From: Coraliomargarita sp.
Lineage (GTDB): Bacteria; Verrucomicrobiota; Verrucomicrobiia; Opitutales; Coraliomargaritaceae
Reading direction: 5' to 3'
Length of the DNA stretch: 64,000 nt
Assembly: GCA_965216325.1 (NCBI GenBank)
Contig: OZ244160.1
Span: forward strand, 1,440,001-1,504,000
Shown here: positions 12,827-23,570 of the stretch, piece by piece
How positions within the stretch are numbered: the first letter of the stretch is position 1
Layout: every line of letters begins with the position of its first letter
Made by a program: the position numbers and the translations under genes
The notes under the pieces: model-generated
What the model saw: only the letters and a program-made list of their open reading frames with translations
Told to the model about the DNA's origin: nothing
Databases searched by the model: none

Positions 12827-12993
12827 GCACCCAAAAGGGCATCCACGCTGAAAATCAGCAACTTACAAAACAAACAGTCTCACCCAAAGTGACACAGAAC
12901 GGGACACAACACAAAAACGGGACATGCTGTCACAAACCTGTCCCGTTACTAAAATTCTGAGTTAGACCGCTGAATCACGCTTAACTCAACAAA

Positions 12994-13075
12994 TGGAGGG
13001 CAATGCTCCGTCATTGCCACCGAAGGACAGGCGTCTTACAACATCGAACGGCAACGACGGAGCGTTGCCGTTCAC
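12994..13075. repeat. GGAG-type REP doublet (family D)
   Basis: TGGAGGGCAATGCTCCGTCATTGCC...GGCAACGACGGAGCGTTGCCGTTCA; second copy at 58943. Confidence 0.8.
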
Positions 13076-13103
13076 TAATTAAGCTTCCTTCAGCGGTAAG
13101 CCC

Positions 13104-13724
13104 TCACCCAGCCGGAGCCGCACCCGTTGGTGTGCCGCGATTCTTAAAAAAACGGAAAATCGTGCGAAGCACGAAATACATCAGAATCAACACAAAGAAG
13201 GCACAAAGGATCGGCACCAACACCGCCAAGCCAGCAGTAAATATGGAGCCGCCCAATTCGACCGTGGAAACCGCCGGATTACCGATACCGCCAGTCGTCG
13301 CAGTCGATGCCCCACGCGTGATCACCGAAGCCCCCTGCACGACACCAGCGGTGCCACCTCCCGCAATCGTTGCCACGATCCACTTAAAGGAACCGTCGCC
13401 CATGAACTCCGGCATCATTGCGCCAGTAATAAACGACCCCGCCACGACCGCAGCCGGCGTCGCGATCGAATCGAGCGCGTTGTCCAACCAAGGGATATAA
13501 TAGCTACCCACTTCAAGTGCGGTCGCCACCCCGAGTGCAATCGTCACTGGAGTGCTACCGAGCCACTCATAATCAGTGCCCAACATTGCTTGGAAATTCA
13601 TATCGCCGAAGGCATCCACTCCGGTATTGGCAGCCAAACTGGCAATAAACAAGGGCACGAAGACTCGAAACCCGCAAGCCGCCGCTAGGCCGACCCCGAC
13701 AACAATGGCAAATGCTTCATTCAT
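13104..13724 (-). CDS. DUF4126-like membrane protein
   Basis: GVGLAAACGFRVFVPL, YYIPWLDNALD, TGGIGNP. Confidence 0.8.
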   Translation of the reverse strand: MNEAFAIVVGVGLAAACGFRVFVPLFIASLAANTGVDAFGDMNFQAMLGTDYEWLGSTPVTIALGVATALEVGSYYIPWLDNALDSIATPAAVVAGSFITGAMMPEFMGDGSFKWIVATIAGGGTAGVVQGASVITRGASTATTGGIGNPAVSTVELGGSIFTAGLAVLVPILCAFFVLILMYFVLRTIFRFFKNRGTPTGAAPAG

Positions 13725-14164
13725 AGTTAGTGAGAGTTACACATGAACGATTCGTTCCGAAAGGATTCAATGGAACCAATCTCAACATCTAAACTGCAAG
13801 AGTTAGTCAGACGGGTCAAGCAACACAAATAGACCGCTCACCAGTCAACTTGCATTAAAAGAATCCAAGAACAGAAACAGACGTGAATGCCATGCGAGCC
13901 ACAGAGTCTTACGCACGAACTTTGCACATGATTCAAAATCAATCTTACACCTGACTAGGACTATCGTGATCAGGCAATGAAGCCAACATCAACCCCGACT
14001 TTCCGAGCAGTTTAGCAAAGTCAGGTTCGCCACATCACACAAAGTCATTTCAGCCACATTTAATATACGCCGTTAATGCCTATTTGCTTCAACTCAGTTC
14101 GGTTGTTTTTGCCTTGAGTTCTTGTCTTAACGAAATGGTGTGACACTCACACTAGCCTTAAACT

Positions 14165-14749
14165 ATGCACAATAAACTGCGGACTATCCTAACTGCCTCA
14201 TTGGCCTATACATTAACCTCCAATGCTGCAATCGATCTAACTATTAGCTATAACTCGGAGCTAAACTCAACCACATTGAGCTACTCAGGAAGCTGGGAAA
14301 CGATCGGACTCACCGGAACTGACCCCACAGGCTATCAAGCTGGAGACGGCTGGAGCCTCACCCATCCGAGCCGCATCTACGCGATGGGCAAAACGCCACA
14401 TATCTGGTATACTCACGGAGATGCCTCACTAACCTCCACACCCTTTATTGAGTTGGATCTTGGAAATGAAACAGTGGAAGGCGATGCATGGGGCTTTAGT
14501 GAAGCAACACTCTTCGCTCCAGTAGGCTATGTTGCAGGAGATTCAATTAATGGCTCAGTGACGTTCCAAAACACGACACTTTCCGATATCGGACTAGACC
14601 CTGTAGAGATTGCCAATGGTGGAGTGATTTCAGGCCTAGGTGCTGGCAACGATATCACATGGAGTGTCATTCCAGAACCATCCCAATATACAGTCGTGCT
14701 ATCCAGTATATTGGTCGCTTGCATCGCATTCACCCGACGCCGTCGCTAG
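14165..14749 (+). CDS. PEP-CTERM sorting-domain surface protein
   Basis: Signal peptide; C-terminal VIPEPS + hydrophobic helix + RRRR. Confidence 0.9.
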   Translation: MHNKLRTILTASLAYTLTSNAAIDLTISYNSELNSTTLSYSGSWETIGLTGTDPTGYQAGDGWSLTHPSRIYAMGKTPHIWYTHGDASLTSTPFIELDLGNETVEGDAWGFSEATLFAPVGYVAGDSINGSVTFQNTTLSDIGLDPVEIANGGVISGLGAGNDITWSVIPEPSQYTVVLSSILVACIAFTRRRR

Positions 14750-14876
14750 CAACCAGAGTGCGCGTCTGGAATAAGGCCTAAGTTAAGCCTCTAGCATAGA
14801 GCTATACGGCAGAACGATCAATCATCACCAATGAAATAGGATTGAACTCGCGAGTCACAAGGAAACACTCACGACC

Positions 14877-15668
14877 ATGATCTTCGATCCCGAAAAACTC
14901 CTCTTACTCGCAGGCCCCTGCTCGCTCGAAAGCCTCGACACCTGCCGACCAGTCGCGGATGCGCTCAAAGCCCTCGAAGCCAAGCACCCGGAGCTCAACA
15001 TTCTGTTCAAGGGTTCTTTTGATAAAGCCAACCGCACATCGATCAACAGCGACCGTGGCACTGGCATCGATAAAGGATTGGAGATTTTCAAAACCATCCA
15101 ATCTGAATACGGCTTCAAAACGATCACCGACATCCACCTACCGGAGCAGTGCGCACAGGTCGGAGCCGTAGTCGATGCCATGCAAATTCCGGCCTTCCTT
15201 TGCCGTCAAACCGATCTGCTGGTCGCAGCGGCGGCAACCGATTGCGCAATCAACGTGAAGAAGGGGCAGTTCCTCTCTCCCTACGAAATGAAGTTCGTCA
15301 CGAACAAGCTTGAGGAAGCGGGCGCAAGGGAAATCTGGCAAACCGACCGTGGCACCACGTTTGGCTATCAGAACCTCGTCGTCGACATGCGTAGCTTCAG
15401 CATTATGGCTGAGAATGGCCACCCGACGGTCATCGATGCCACCCACAGCGTGCAGCTCCCGGGCGCAGCTGGTGGAGTCAGTGGCGGTCAACGCGAATAC
15501 GTGCCTGCCCTCGCCCGCGCGGCCCTGGCGGCGGGTGCCAATGGCGTGTTCCTCGAAACGCACCCAAATCCAGAGCAAGCCATCTCCGATGCAGCCAGCC
15601 AAGTGCCACTCGAGGAGCTCCCTGAGCTGGTCGAAAGCCTGGTTCGCGTGTGGAACGCGGTTAACTAG
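14877..15668 (+). CDS. kdsA: KDO 8-phosphate synthase
   Basis: [40 protein letters not shown]. Confidence 0.97.
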   Translation: MIFDPEKLLLLAGPCSLESLDTCRPVADALKALEAKHPELNILFKGSFDKANRTSINSDRGTGIDKGLEIFKTIQSEYGFKTITDIHLPEQCAQVGAVVDAMQIPAFLCRQTDLLVAAAATDCAINVKKGQFLSPYEMKFVTNKLEEAGAREIWQTDRGTTFGYQNLVVDMRSFSIMAENGHPTVIDATHSVQLPGAAGGVSGGQREYVPALARAALAAGANGVFLETHPNPEQAISDAASQVPLEELPELVESLVRVWNAVN

Positions 15669-15749
15669 TTGAAGGTTGATCGTTGCATGAGCTGCCTTTG
15701 GAGCAGCCAGTATTCAGCAAACAACAAACCACTCTCAACCAACAACACG

Positions 15750-16310
15750 ATGCGAATTACCGGAGGTCGAGCACGCGGCATCGCACTCAAAACGCCCGCA
15801 GGCGATCACACACGCCCTGCGACAGATCGCATGCGCGAGTCGATTTTCTCAAGTCTGGGACCGAGTATTGAAGGCTGTCACGTGGCGGATTTGTTTGCCG
15901 GCACCGGCAGTTACGGACTCGAAGCCCTCAGTCGCGGAGCGGCGAGTGCGGATTTCTACGAAACGGATCGGAAAGCACTGACCTGCCTCAAACAGAATAT
16001 TCAGGCTGTGCTCCGCAGCTGTGAGCTCGCAGCACATTCCGCCAAGATACACAGTAGGGACATCTACACGCTAAAAGACGCAGCCCCGCGCTACCATTTG
16101 ATCTTTCTCGATCCGCCCTACGGCACGATCGCAGGGAATCTAAACCGCATTTTCGAATGTGCCGTCAGCCCCATTGCCACGGGTGATGCACGTGCGGTAC
16201 TCGAGCTGCCGGGCAATTTGACCCCGGAAATTGACGGCTGGAAACTCGTGCGCCGCCTAGGGAAAGCCGGCAAAGACAAACCAACCGCAGCGATCTTTGC
16301 GCGCGCTTAG
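15750..16310 (+). CDS. rsmD: 16S rRNA m2G966 methyltransferase
   Basis: [29 protein letters not shown]. Confidence 0.93.
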   Translation: MRITGGRARGIALKTPAGDHTRPATDRMRESIFSSLGPSIEGCHVADLFAGTGSYGLEALSRGAASADFYETDRKALTCLKQNIQAVLRSCELAAHSAKIHSRDIYTLKDAAPRYHLIFLDPPYGTIAGNLNRIFECAVSPIATGDARAVLELPGNLTPEIDGWKLVRRLGKAGKDKPTAAIFARA

Positions 16311-16312
16311 AA

Positions 16313-16340
16313 GCGGCACGTTACGGATAACGCGCCCTAG
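16313..16340. repeat. Single REP arm (family A)
   Basis: GCGGCACGTTACGGATAACGCGCCCTAG matches right arm of 253-324. Confidence 0.7.
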
Positions 16341-16342
16341 CT

Positions 16343-16744
16343 TTATTGCTGGGCCTGATAGATCACGTCCTCAGCAACGAGGACATTGTCCGCACGAACC
16401 ACGCGCTTATTGCCATCGGCGAGAACTAAGACTTTCGGCTTCCAGCTTTTTGCTTCTTCAGCTTGAAACTGCGCGAAAGACATGATGACCAGCAGGTCGC
16501 CAATCGCACCGAGATGCGCAGCCGCACCGTTCAGCGAAATCGTGTGTGAGCCTTTGGGAGCTTCAATCGCGTAGGTCTCGAAGCGCTCGCCATTGGCGAT
16601 ATTGGCGACGAGAATCTTCTCATACGGCATGAGACCGATCTGTTCCATCAATGCAGAGTCAATCGCCAGACTGCCCTCATAATGAAGAGCGCGGTCCGTT
16701 ACCTCTGCGCGGAGCAGCTTGGATTTAAGGAGCGTAACTTGCAT
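16343..16744 (-). CDS. panD: Aspartate 1-decarboxylase
   Basis: [13 protein letters not shown] cleavage site, [15 protein letters not shown]. Confidence 0.95.
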   Translation of the reverse strand: MQVTLLKSKLLRAEVTDRALHYEGSLAIDSALMEQIGLMPYEKILVANIANGERFETYAIEAPKGSHTISLNGAAAHLGAIGDLLVIMSFAQFQAEEAKSWKPKVLVLADGNKRVVRADNVLVAEDVIYQAQQ

Positions 16745-16860
16745 AGATCTAATAGGTTCGGATTTAGACAAATTGTCAAAAGGGCGCACAAGTTGGCGAA
16801 TCCCTCTGAGTTTGGCAATTCTGGAATTATTGCCAGATTCTAGCAATTCGAATGCCTAAA

Positions 16861-17988
16861 TCAGGTTTCTTCGCGACGCACGACGACGGAAAACACGCAA
16901 GTTGTGCCCTGTCCCTGCTCACTTTGAATGCTGAGTTCGCCCCCAAGACGATCCGCAATGGTGCGGCAAAGCGAGAGCCCAACCCCGAGCCCTCCATGCG
17001 TGCGCTTGAGCGAGGAATCCTCTTGTGAGAAAGCATCGTAAATACGACCACTCTGAAGATAATCCGGATCAATCCCCGGGCCAGTGTCCTTAATTTCGAA
17101 GCGCAATTTTACATTCGAGTCTGCTAGAGACTCAAAGGAAACCGACAGCGTAACCTGCCCCTCTGCCGTGAATTTGACCGCATTATGCAGCAGTTTACGC
17201 AAAGCGATTCGAATCTCGTCCTCCGGACCTGAGACAAATTGAGGCACATCCGATGGAATATCCGTAACAAGGTCGACCAAGTCCTTGGGTTTCTCGTCAT
17301 TCACCAACTTGATCATCATCGTCGCCGGGTTAAACGAGCCGGACGAGACGTCCTCCTCACCCATGGAAAGCCGGGCATAAGTGAAAATGTCCTGCACATG
17401 CCCGAAATAATCCTTACTACAATCACGAATAGTCCCGAGGAATTCCTTCTGTTCCTCGTCCAGTTCGGTATCCTCCAGCAAATCGAGAAAACCCAAGATG
17501 CCATTCATAGGCGTATTCAACTCGTGGCTGACAATCTCCAGAAAATTAGTCTTCGCCGCATTCACATCGTTGCGGATCACGGTGTCCTGCCGCGTATTAA
17601 ACAGAAAGCTTTCATAGCAACGTCCGACGACGGTCTGAATGTGATCGAGGTCAAAAGGCTTCTTTAAATACTCGGATGCCCCCAGCGAAATCGCCTGCCG
17701 AGCCGTCTCCAGTGTCTCATACGCAGTCAACACAATGACCTCGGTATACTTATCGAGCTTCTTTACCTCACGGAGCACATCAATGCCACTCATGCCACGC
17801 ATCCGAATGTCGGTAATGACCAAGTCGAAGGGTTGCTCGGCCGAGAACTCCACCGCCTCTTCTCCCGATGTGGCAATGGTCACATCGTAGTCATCGCAAA
17901 AGATCATATTCAGCGATTGGCGTGGGCCTTCCTCATCATCGACGACGAGCATTCGTTTGGTTGCTAGAGCAGAGTGGTCTTCGGTCAT
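16861..17988 (-). CDS. Soluble receiver-histidine kinase hybrid (REC-HisKA-HATPase)
   Basis: LVVDDE...VITDIRM...LTA...[32 protein letters not shown]. Confidence 0.92.
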   Translation of the reverse strand: MTEDHSALATKRMLVVDDEEGPRQSLNMIFCDDYDVTIATSGEEAVEFSAEQPFDLVITDIRMRGMSGIDVLREVKKLDKYTEVIVLTAYETLETARQAISLGASEYLKKPFDLDHIQTVVGRCYESFLFNTRQDTVIRNDVNAAKTNFLEIVSHELNTPMNGILGFLDLLEDTELDEEQKEFLGTIRDCSKDYFGHVQDIFTYARLSMGEEDVSSGSFNPATMMIKLVNDEKPKDLVDLVTDIPSDVPQFVSGPEDEIRIALRKLLHNAVKFTAEGQVTLSVSFESLADSNVKLRFEIKDTGPGIDPDYLQSGRIYDAFSQEDSSLKRTHGGLGVGLSLCRTIADRLGGELSIQSEQGQGTTCVFSVVVRREET

Positions 17989-18085
17989 GAGCGGTTCGGT
18001 TGGTAGAAAGTTAATATCGAGCAATCACTGCTACAATGATTCGGTAGTACACGGTTCAGCGTCAATCAATCCATCTTTCGTTGCG

Positions 18086-19531
18086 CTACAAACTGGGTGA
18101 CGGATCCATTTGTAGGTTCAATTTTAACCTGATCGCACGGACCACTGCGGTCACATCAAAGGGCTTCTGAATTACAAGGTCACCTTCGGCCACACGACCA
18201 TCCGCACACAGCATGCGCTTATTCCGAGCACTCGAATATGCCAACTGGACCGCGCCCTGCAGGACCGCCTGTAGCCCGCGTATACGCTCAAGAACTTCCG
18301 GCTCAAAGCGGTCCAAATCGAACAGCAAACAATCCACGGCCCCAGACGCGATCAAATCAGCAGCTTCATCCGCGTGCGCACAATACATCACATGCGCAGC
18401 ATCTTCGAGCAATACGCTTAAACTATCTGCAATCGGTTCATATGCATCCAGCACCAACAAATTCGGACGTAGCGCACGAACGGCCTGCTCCAGCCCAGAG
18501 CGAGCCATCTCAACAACATGCGCCCAACTCTGAGCGACCTCATCATGCTCTGGCTGAAAAACTGTCAGCTTTAAATCCTCCAATTGAACATCCCTCAACT
18601 CAGGCCCAAGCTTTCGGCGCACCTGTGATAACGTCTGCCCCGGAAAAATACAGGCACACACATAGGCATCCAACGGCTGAATCAAATCTGCACTTAACTC
18701 CACAGACAACTGACTTTGCTTCAAGGACGCATATAATACGCCCGCCTGTTGCTTCGACTCAAGGAGCGCGACACTGACTGGCGAATTCTGATATTTACCA
18801 CGATAATACTCACGCTCTAAAGCCCCAAGCAGTTTAGACCGACGCTTACTCAAATCGTAAATAACGTATGCCGAGACCATCCCCGTACCGGGGTCGAAAC
18901 ATCTGCGAGCCGCAAATAGAAAGCGCCCTTCGACTTCAAAGTGCGCGTCAGCACCATTGCCAACGCAGTCTTGAAGCGCAAGAAGCACATCACATCGCTC
19001 GGGATGCTGCGGTTCACTCACTAGGCCAAGTTGCTTCCAAGCCAAGGCATTACCTGACATCAGATCGCCTGCAGCATCAAAACACAAAATACCCAACGGC
19101 AACTGATCGATCAGAAACTGCAGTACTTTAATCTGACGCTCCGTATGGCGCTGCTCCTTCGCCCGCCCATATAAGGCCGCGAGAAAATCTGCCATCGAGC
19201 CCATCAAACGCAAATCTTCCGCACCAAACGGACGCTGATCTTTACGACCCGAAACACGAAGAAAGCCGCCTTCTGCAGCACCTGACAAGGGAAGCACAAC
19301 GCGCCCCTGCTCAAAAACACGAGCCGATGACTCGCCATCGGCATTCAGCTCATCCTCGATCAGGAAGCTCCCCCTCAAATATGGGTCAGCCTCCACCGCA
19401 TTGCTAAGCGAATGACAGAAGCCTTGAAAGTCCGAGAATGAGCCAATTGCCCGCGCAAAACGCCGATACGACTCGGACAGTGACGCAGCCGTCATTTCAA
19501 TCGGCGCTGTATGTTCTTCAGACGGTTTCAT
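18086..19531 (-). CDS. Multidomain signalling protein: GAF-like, PAS-like, degenerate GGDEF-like, C-terminal REC-like
   Basis: GFLRVSGRK..RPFGAEDLRLM; QLPLGILCFD; LEREYYRGK..SPVSVALL with no GGDEF; CLLFDLD...QKPFD. Confidence 0.6.
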   Translation of the reverse strand: MKPSEEHTAPIEMTAASLSESYRRFARAIGSFSDFQGFCHSLSNAVEADPYLRGSFLIEDELNADGESSARVFEQGRVVLPLSGAAEGGFLRVSGRKDQRPFGAEDLRLMGSMADFLAALYGRAKEQRHTERQIKVLQFLIDQLPLGILCFDAAGDLMSGNALAWKQLGLVSEPQHPERCDVLLALQDCVGNGADAHFEVEGRFLFAARRCFDPGTGMVSAYVIYDLSKRRSKLLGALEREYYRGKYQNSPVSVALLESKQQAGVLYASLKQSQLSVELSADLIQPLDAYVCACIFPGQTLSQVRRKLGPELRDVQLEDLKLTVFQPEHDEVAQSWAHVVEMARSGLEQAVRALRPNLLVLDAYEPIADSLSVLLEDAAHVMYCAHADEAADLIASGAVDCLLFDLDRFEPEVLERIRGLQAVLQGAVQLAYSSARNKRMLCADGRVAEGDLVIQKPFDVTAVVRAIRLKLNLQMDPSPSL

Positions 19532-19549
19532 AGAATCCAGTACTAGGCC

Positions 19550-21691
19550 CTAGTCACAAGGCAGAGAGATTCGAAAACATGTGCCATGATTCAGCTCAGA
19601 ACTGACCGTAATATGTCCTTGGTGACGCTCAATGATTTTACTCACAATTGCCAGCCCCAGGCCGGTCCCGGCAGAGCCATGCCGAGCTCCGGTATCACGC
19701 GAGGTAGCAAACGGGTCGAAGATACGGTCCTGAAGGTCTTTGGAGATTCCCGGCCCATTGTCTGATATCTCCATCTCTAGCCAACGCTTCCGCTCATAGC
19801 GCCCTCCGCCACGCAAACTTGCCCGAAATGTGATCAAGCCCAATTCAGGTCGTTCTCCCCATTCACTAATCGCATTGATGCCATTCTCAATGATGTTGCG
19901 AACCACCTGTATCAGCTGCTCCAAATCTGCGTGTAATCTCGGCATATCTTTATCAAGCACGACCTCTAGCTGAACATTCTCAAGTGCTAAGCGCCCACTC
20001 ACCCCCGATTGAGCTTCAAAAATGACATCACGGATCGCAACACTCTCCATCGGACGCTTAGCATCCTGCGCAAAGGCAGAAACCCCCTCTACAATACCAA
20101 AGATTCGCTTTACATCACGTTGCACCGTAGCACTGAATTCTTCCGTCAACTTAAGTTCGGTCGGATTCTTCTTCAACAAACTCGTCATCGTTCGAACCGA
20201 AACCAATGGATTGCGTAACTCATGCGACAAGCCCGCAGCCATCGTCCCCAGAGAAACCAATTTCTCGACCTGATTGGACATCCGCTCCATCTCCCGAGAC
20301 TTAATGGTTAAGGCCAACTCTGCACAAAGATTTTCGAGCAATATTAGATCAACATCTGAGAAGGCCCCCGAACGGCGACTCGCACCGAGGACTAAGAAGC
20401 CATACAAGCTACCCTGAACTCCGATCGGCAAAAAGACATCCGAACTACGAAAGGGCAGATCCGAGTTAAACAGAGCCTGAAAGTTACTCCGAAAAGAACT
20501 CGATCGTTCCATCTTTTCCTCAAGGAAAATCGCATGACGTTGCCCCCGCAGGAAATCAACCAGCACTTCCAAGTTCGCACTTTCAATCGTTTTGACCGGC
20601 GTCCGCTCCCCTTGTATCGCCCGACATTCAAAACTAGAAGCCAAATCCCTGCGCACATAAACGGATGCAAAATCTAAACTCATTGCCCCGAAAATTCGCT
20701 CAACGACTACATCATAGACATCTCCTTCCGCTAGGCTTGAAACCACATCATCTGAAAGTTGACGCAATTCTTGGCGATACCCAAGCCTTCCCGAAATCAA
20801 TCGAGTCTGAATCAAATCATCAACATAACGAACAACAGGAGGGCATACAAACATCAACAGGGCACTAAGCAGTGTAAGCGCAGGCCACCAAAACAAAAAT
20901 GAACTTGGTGAAAAATCGACATAAGCAGCCTTGAGGACCAGAACCAATCCGACGGCGCAGAGCGCACCAAAAATAATTGAGAACAAAATCAGCCCCAAAA
21001 TCCGAAAAGCCATCTCACTGAAATCAAGGATGCGATATTTCAACATCGTATACCCTAAACCCATGAGATAGACAATCACCAGACCATGGCCAAAGGGCGG
21101 CACTTGAATCTCAAACCAAAGCAAAAAATTAGTCGAACCTCCTGCAAATCCGACTGCTGTCCCAATAAGTATGTAACGAAGTTTGTTCTTTGCCTCGATC
21201 TCCGACTTGCAGTATGTGTGAAACAGTAAGCCCACCCCCAAAACAGACATTAAGACATAGCCGCCAATGTAAACAGGAAACAAAACGCCGGGGACAGGCC
21301 AAAATTCAAAGCCCAAACGAGGTTCGACGCCTAAGACAATAAACTTCCCAAAATTTAAGCAGAATAAAATGGCTGCTAGCAGATATCCAGCATAGGCGAA
21401 CGCACGAAACTTCAGATTTTCGGTCAGATTAATTACAAAATGAAAATATGCGTACGGCACGAAGATGGATGCCCCTACCAAATACTTCACCCAGTATACT
21501 GCAGCAGCCTCCGTTTCAGCCAATTGCCATAACATATGAGCAAGAGCCCAGCAAAATATCGTAAAATTGAAGAAACAAAAAGTCTGATTCTTTCCATCGT
21601 CCAACTTAAGACCCTTAAGTAAAACGGATGCTATAAAATACAGCGTCAGGGCAGAAATAAAAAATGAACTAACAATCAAATATGCGATCAT
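19550..21691 (-). CDS. Membrane sensor histidine kinase (multi-TM N-terminus, GAF, HisKA, HATPase)
   Basis: About 290 aa hydrophobic N-terminus; GFLVLG...[33 protein letters not shown]. Confidence 0.93.
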   Translation of the reverse strand: MIAYLIVSSFFISALTLYFIASVLLKGLKLDDGKNQTFCFFNFTIFCWALAHMLWQLAETEAAAVYWVKYLVGASIFVPYAYFHFVINLTENLKFRAFAYAGYLLAAILFCLNFGKFIVLGVEPRLGFEFWPVPGVLFPVYIGGYVLMSVLGVGLLFHTYCKSEIEAKNKLRYILIGTAVGFAGGSTNFLLWFEIQVPPFGHGLVIVYLMGLGYTMLKYRILDFSEMAFRILGLILFSIIFGALCAVGLVLVLKAAYVDFSPSSFLFWWPALTLLSALLMFVCPPVVRYVDDLIQTRLISGRLGYRQELRQLSDDVVSSLAEGDVYDVVVERIFGAMSLDFASVYVRRDLASSFECRAIQGERTPVKTIESANLEVLVDFLRGQRHAIFLEEKMERSSSFRSNFQALFNSDLPFRSSDVFLPIGVQGSLYGFLVLGASRRSGAFSDVDLILLENLCAELALTIKSREMERMSNQVEKLVSLGTMAAGLSHELRNPLVSVRTMTSLLKKNPTELKLTEEFSATVQRDVKRIFGIVEGVSAFAQDAKRPMESVAIRDVIFEAQSGVSGRLALENVQLEVVLDKDMPRLHADLEQLIQVVRNIIENGINAISEWGERPELGLITFRASLRGGGRYERKRWLEMEISDNGPGISKDLQDRIFDPFATSRDTGARHGSAGTGLGLAIVSKIIERHQGHITVSSELNHGTCFRISLPCD

Positions 21692-23373
21692 CTTACAACC
21701 GATATTAAATTTGCCTGATCGCCAAAAGACCTAAAGAACTGCGCCCCCGAAAAACCCGCCAACCTAACCAGGTCAACCAGCTCTTCCTCACTATAAAACA
21801 CATAATGCCCCTCATCTTCTTTCAGCTGAATTGCGCCCGCAGCACTTAACAAACTCCTAGCAGAGTCTAGCGCATCTTCGGAGTCTGCTTCAGTAACAAA
21901 GCCCTTGTATATCAATGATAAATCACAGTACGGCTTCATACTTGAGACAATCATCTTACCCCCGGGCTTGAGTACACGATGAAGTTCAGACAATAAGACA
22001 CTGGGCTGCTTTAGGTAGGAGATTAATAGGCTGCAGCAGACTCGATCAATTGAAGCATCTGCGAAAGGCAAGCGCACTTGACTGGCTCCTCGACCATCTA
22101 ACTCATCTAAATCGAATCGATAATACAACATATCCAATCCCTCTCGGCCATGAATTTCATGAGTTAATGAGGAATGGCGTCGATGCGCCTCCGATAGGCC
22201 TTTGCCCGTAAGATCCAGACCAAAATATGTGGTCGGCAATTCCAGTGGATCTCGATTCTGCAAAGCTAAATCTCGTAAACACCAAGCGCCAAACATCCCA
22301 TTACCGCAACCACAATCCAAATAGACGAGTCCCGGTTCGGTAACTCCTAGGCATGAACCGATCAACGAAAGATAATCCCTGTAAGCACCGACAGCTTCAA
22401 GCATCTTGTATTTATCTAAATATTTTGCCCAAAAGTCCCCTTCACTCTCTCGAAGAGGGGCCATCGCCCTAAGGCGTTCGCGCTCGACCTTATTCTGACG
22501 AAAGACCTCCCGCCGGTCTGGGCTTAAGATTTCATACAGTTCATCCTGCCCTGCAAAACGCCCATGCCGACTCACATACACTGCCTGCATAATGGCTTCT
22601 ATCGCTAACTTCGGGTTCTCCATCAACTCGTGCATCGCGCCATCGACCAGCCGCAACTTTACACGTTCCGACTTAGCCGCCAAAGCATCTACTTCAGCCA
22701 ATTCAACCCATGCGTCTCTCTTCGCCGGAAAAAGAAATATGTCGCACTTAGCCTTACAGACATCCTCTAGAGTTCCATCTAGATCCTGCATGTCCGAATC
22801 AACAGCGGTCTTAAGAAACTGGTCTATATTGACTTCATGGCCCAAAATATCCCCAACACCTTGAATCGCTCCATCCATGTAGGCATTCACGATATCCTTC
22901 TGGCAAATCGTAGTGATTGTTGAGCGAAAGTTGACAATTGGAACCAAACATACCAAGCGCTCAATTCGATGATCGAGACTCGCAGCGCGAATCGCACAAC
23001 GCCCCGACATACTATTAGCCTGCAGCGTTACTGAGTGCACATGATGTTGAATCTCAAGAAAATCAATTGCAGCGAGTATATCATCCACTCCATTCGGAAG
23101 CGTATAATTCTGAATTTCGCCCTCGCTTTCTCCAATGTGATTTGTCTGGTCAAAGCGCAACACACGGAACCCATTTACAGCAAAGTAATAAGCGAGTTGT
23201 AAGTTATTCTTTTTCGACTGCCCATACTTCGGGGCCATCACAACAAAAGGAGCACTCGGCATCTTACTAGGCGTGTCGATGTACCCAACAATCTTCTTAC
23301 CATTGCGAGAAGGGAAGACAACCACTTCGCTCCGGATACTTATCTCGCTGGCATCCTGAACCTCAATCGACAT
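21688..23373 (-). CDS. LuxD-like acyl-ACP thioesterase fused to class I SAM methyltransferase
   Basis: [19 protein letters not shown], nucleophile ANSMS (AxSxS), [13 protein letters not shown]-terminal [30 protein letters not shown]. Confidence 0.85.
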   Translation of the reverse strand: MSIEVQDASEISIRSEVVVFPSRNGKKIVGYIDTPSKMPSAPFVVMAPKYGQSKKNNLQLAYYFAVNGFRVLRFDQTNHIGESEGEIQNYTLPNGVDDILAAIDFLEIQHHVHSVTLQANSMSGRCAIRAASLDHRIERLVCLVPIVNFRSTITTICQKDIVNAYMDGAIQGVGDILGHEVNIDQFLKTAVDSDMQDLDGTLEDVCKAKCDIFLFPAKRDAWVELAEVDALAAKSERVKLRLVDGAMHELMENPKLAIEAIMQAVYVSRHGRFAGQDELYEILSPDRREVFRQNKVERERLRAMAPLRESEGDFWAKYLDKYKMLEAVGAYRDYLSLIGSCLGVTEPGLVYLDCGCGNGMFGAWCLRDLALQNRDPLELPTTYFGLDLTGKGLSEAHRRHSSLTHEIHGREGLDMLYYRFDLDELDGRGASQVRLPFADASIDRVCCSLLISYLKQPSVLLSELHRVLKPGGKMIVSSMKPYCDLSLIYKGFVTEADSEDALDSARSLLSAAGAIQLKEDEGHYVFYSEEELVDLVRLAGFSGAQFFRSFGDQANLISVVR

Positions 23374-23570
23374 GACTAGTATTGATATTCACTGCGCGCA
23401 TCAGAGCCAGCTATGTATTCAATTTCAAATACAAAATACGCTAGAGACCGCATAAAATGGCTAAAATTCACCTAATTTGAAAAGAATTGAAGTTGCACTA
23501 ACGCTCAATAAGTCTCAGAAATATCAAAACCGCGCTCAGCGGCAAATCACAACACTGCGCTACCTTTTGA

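Noticed and set aside
13725..14164. 440-bp intergenic region as ncRNA or PEP-CTERM sigma54 promoter
   Set aside because: No convincing structure or -24/-12 motif found by eye.
21688..23373. Bioluminescence (lux) operon
   Set aside because: No luxA/B/C/E-like genes in the window; the LuxD-like domain is fused to a methyltransferase.
23392..23411. Possible sigma54 promoter for the synthase operon (CTGGCTCTGATGCGCGCA)
   Set aside because: GG to GC spacing is 9 or 11, not the required 10.
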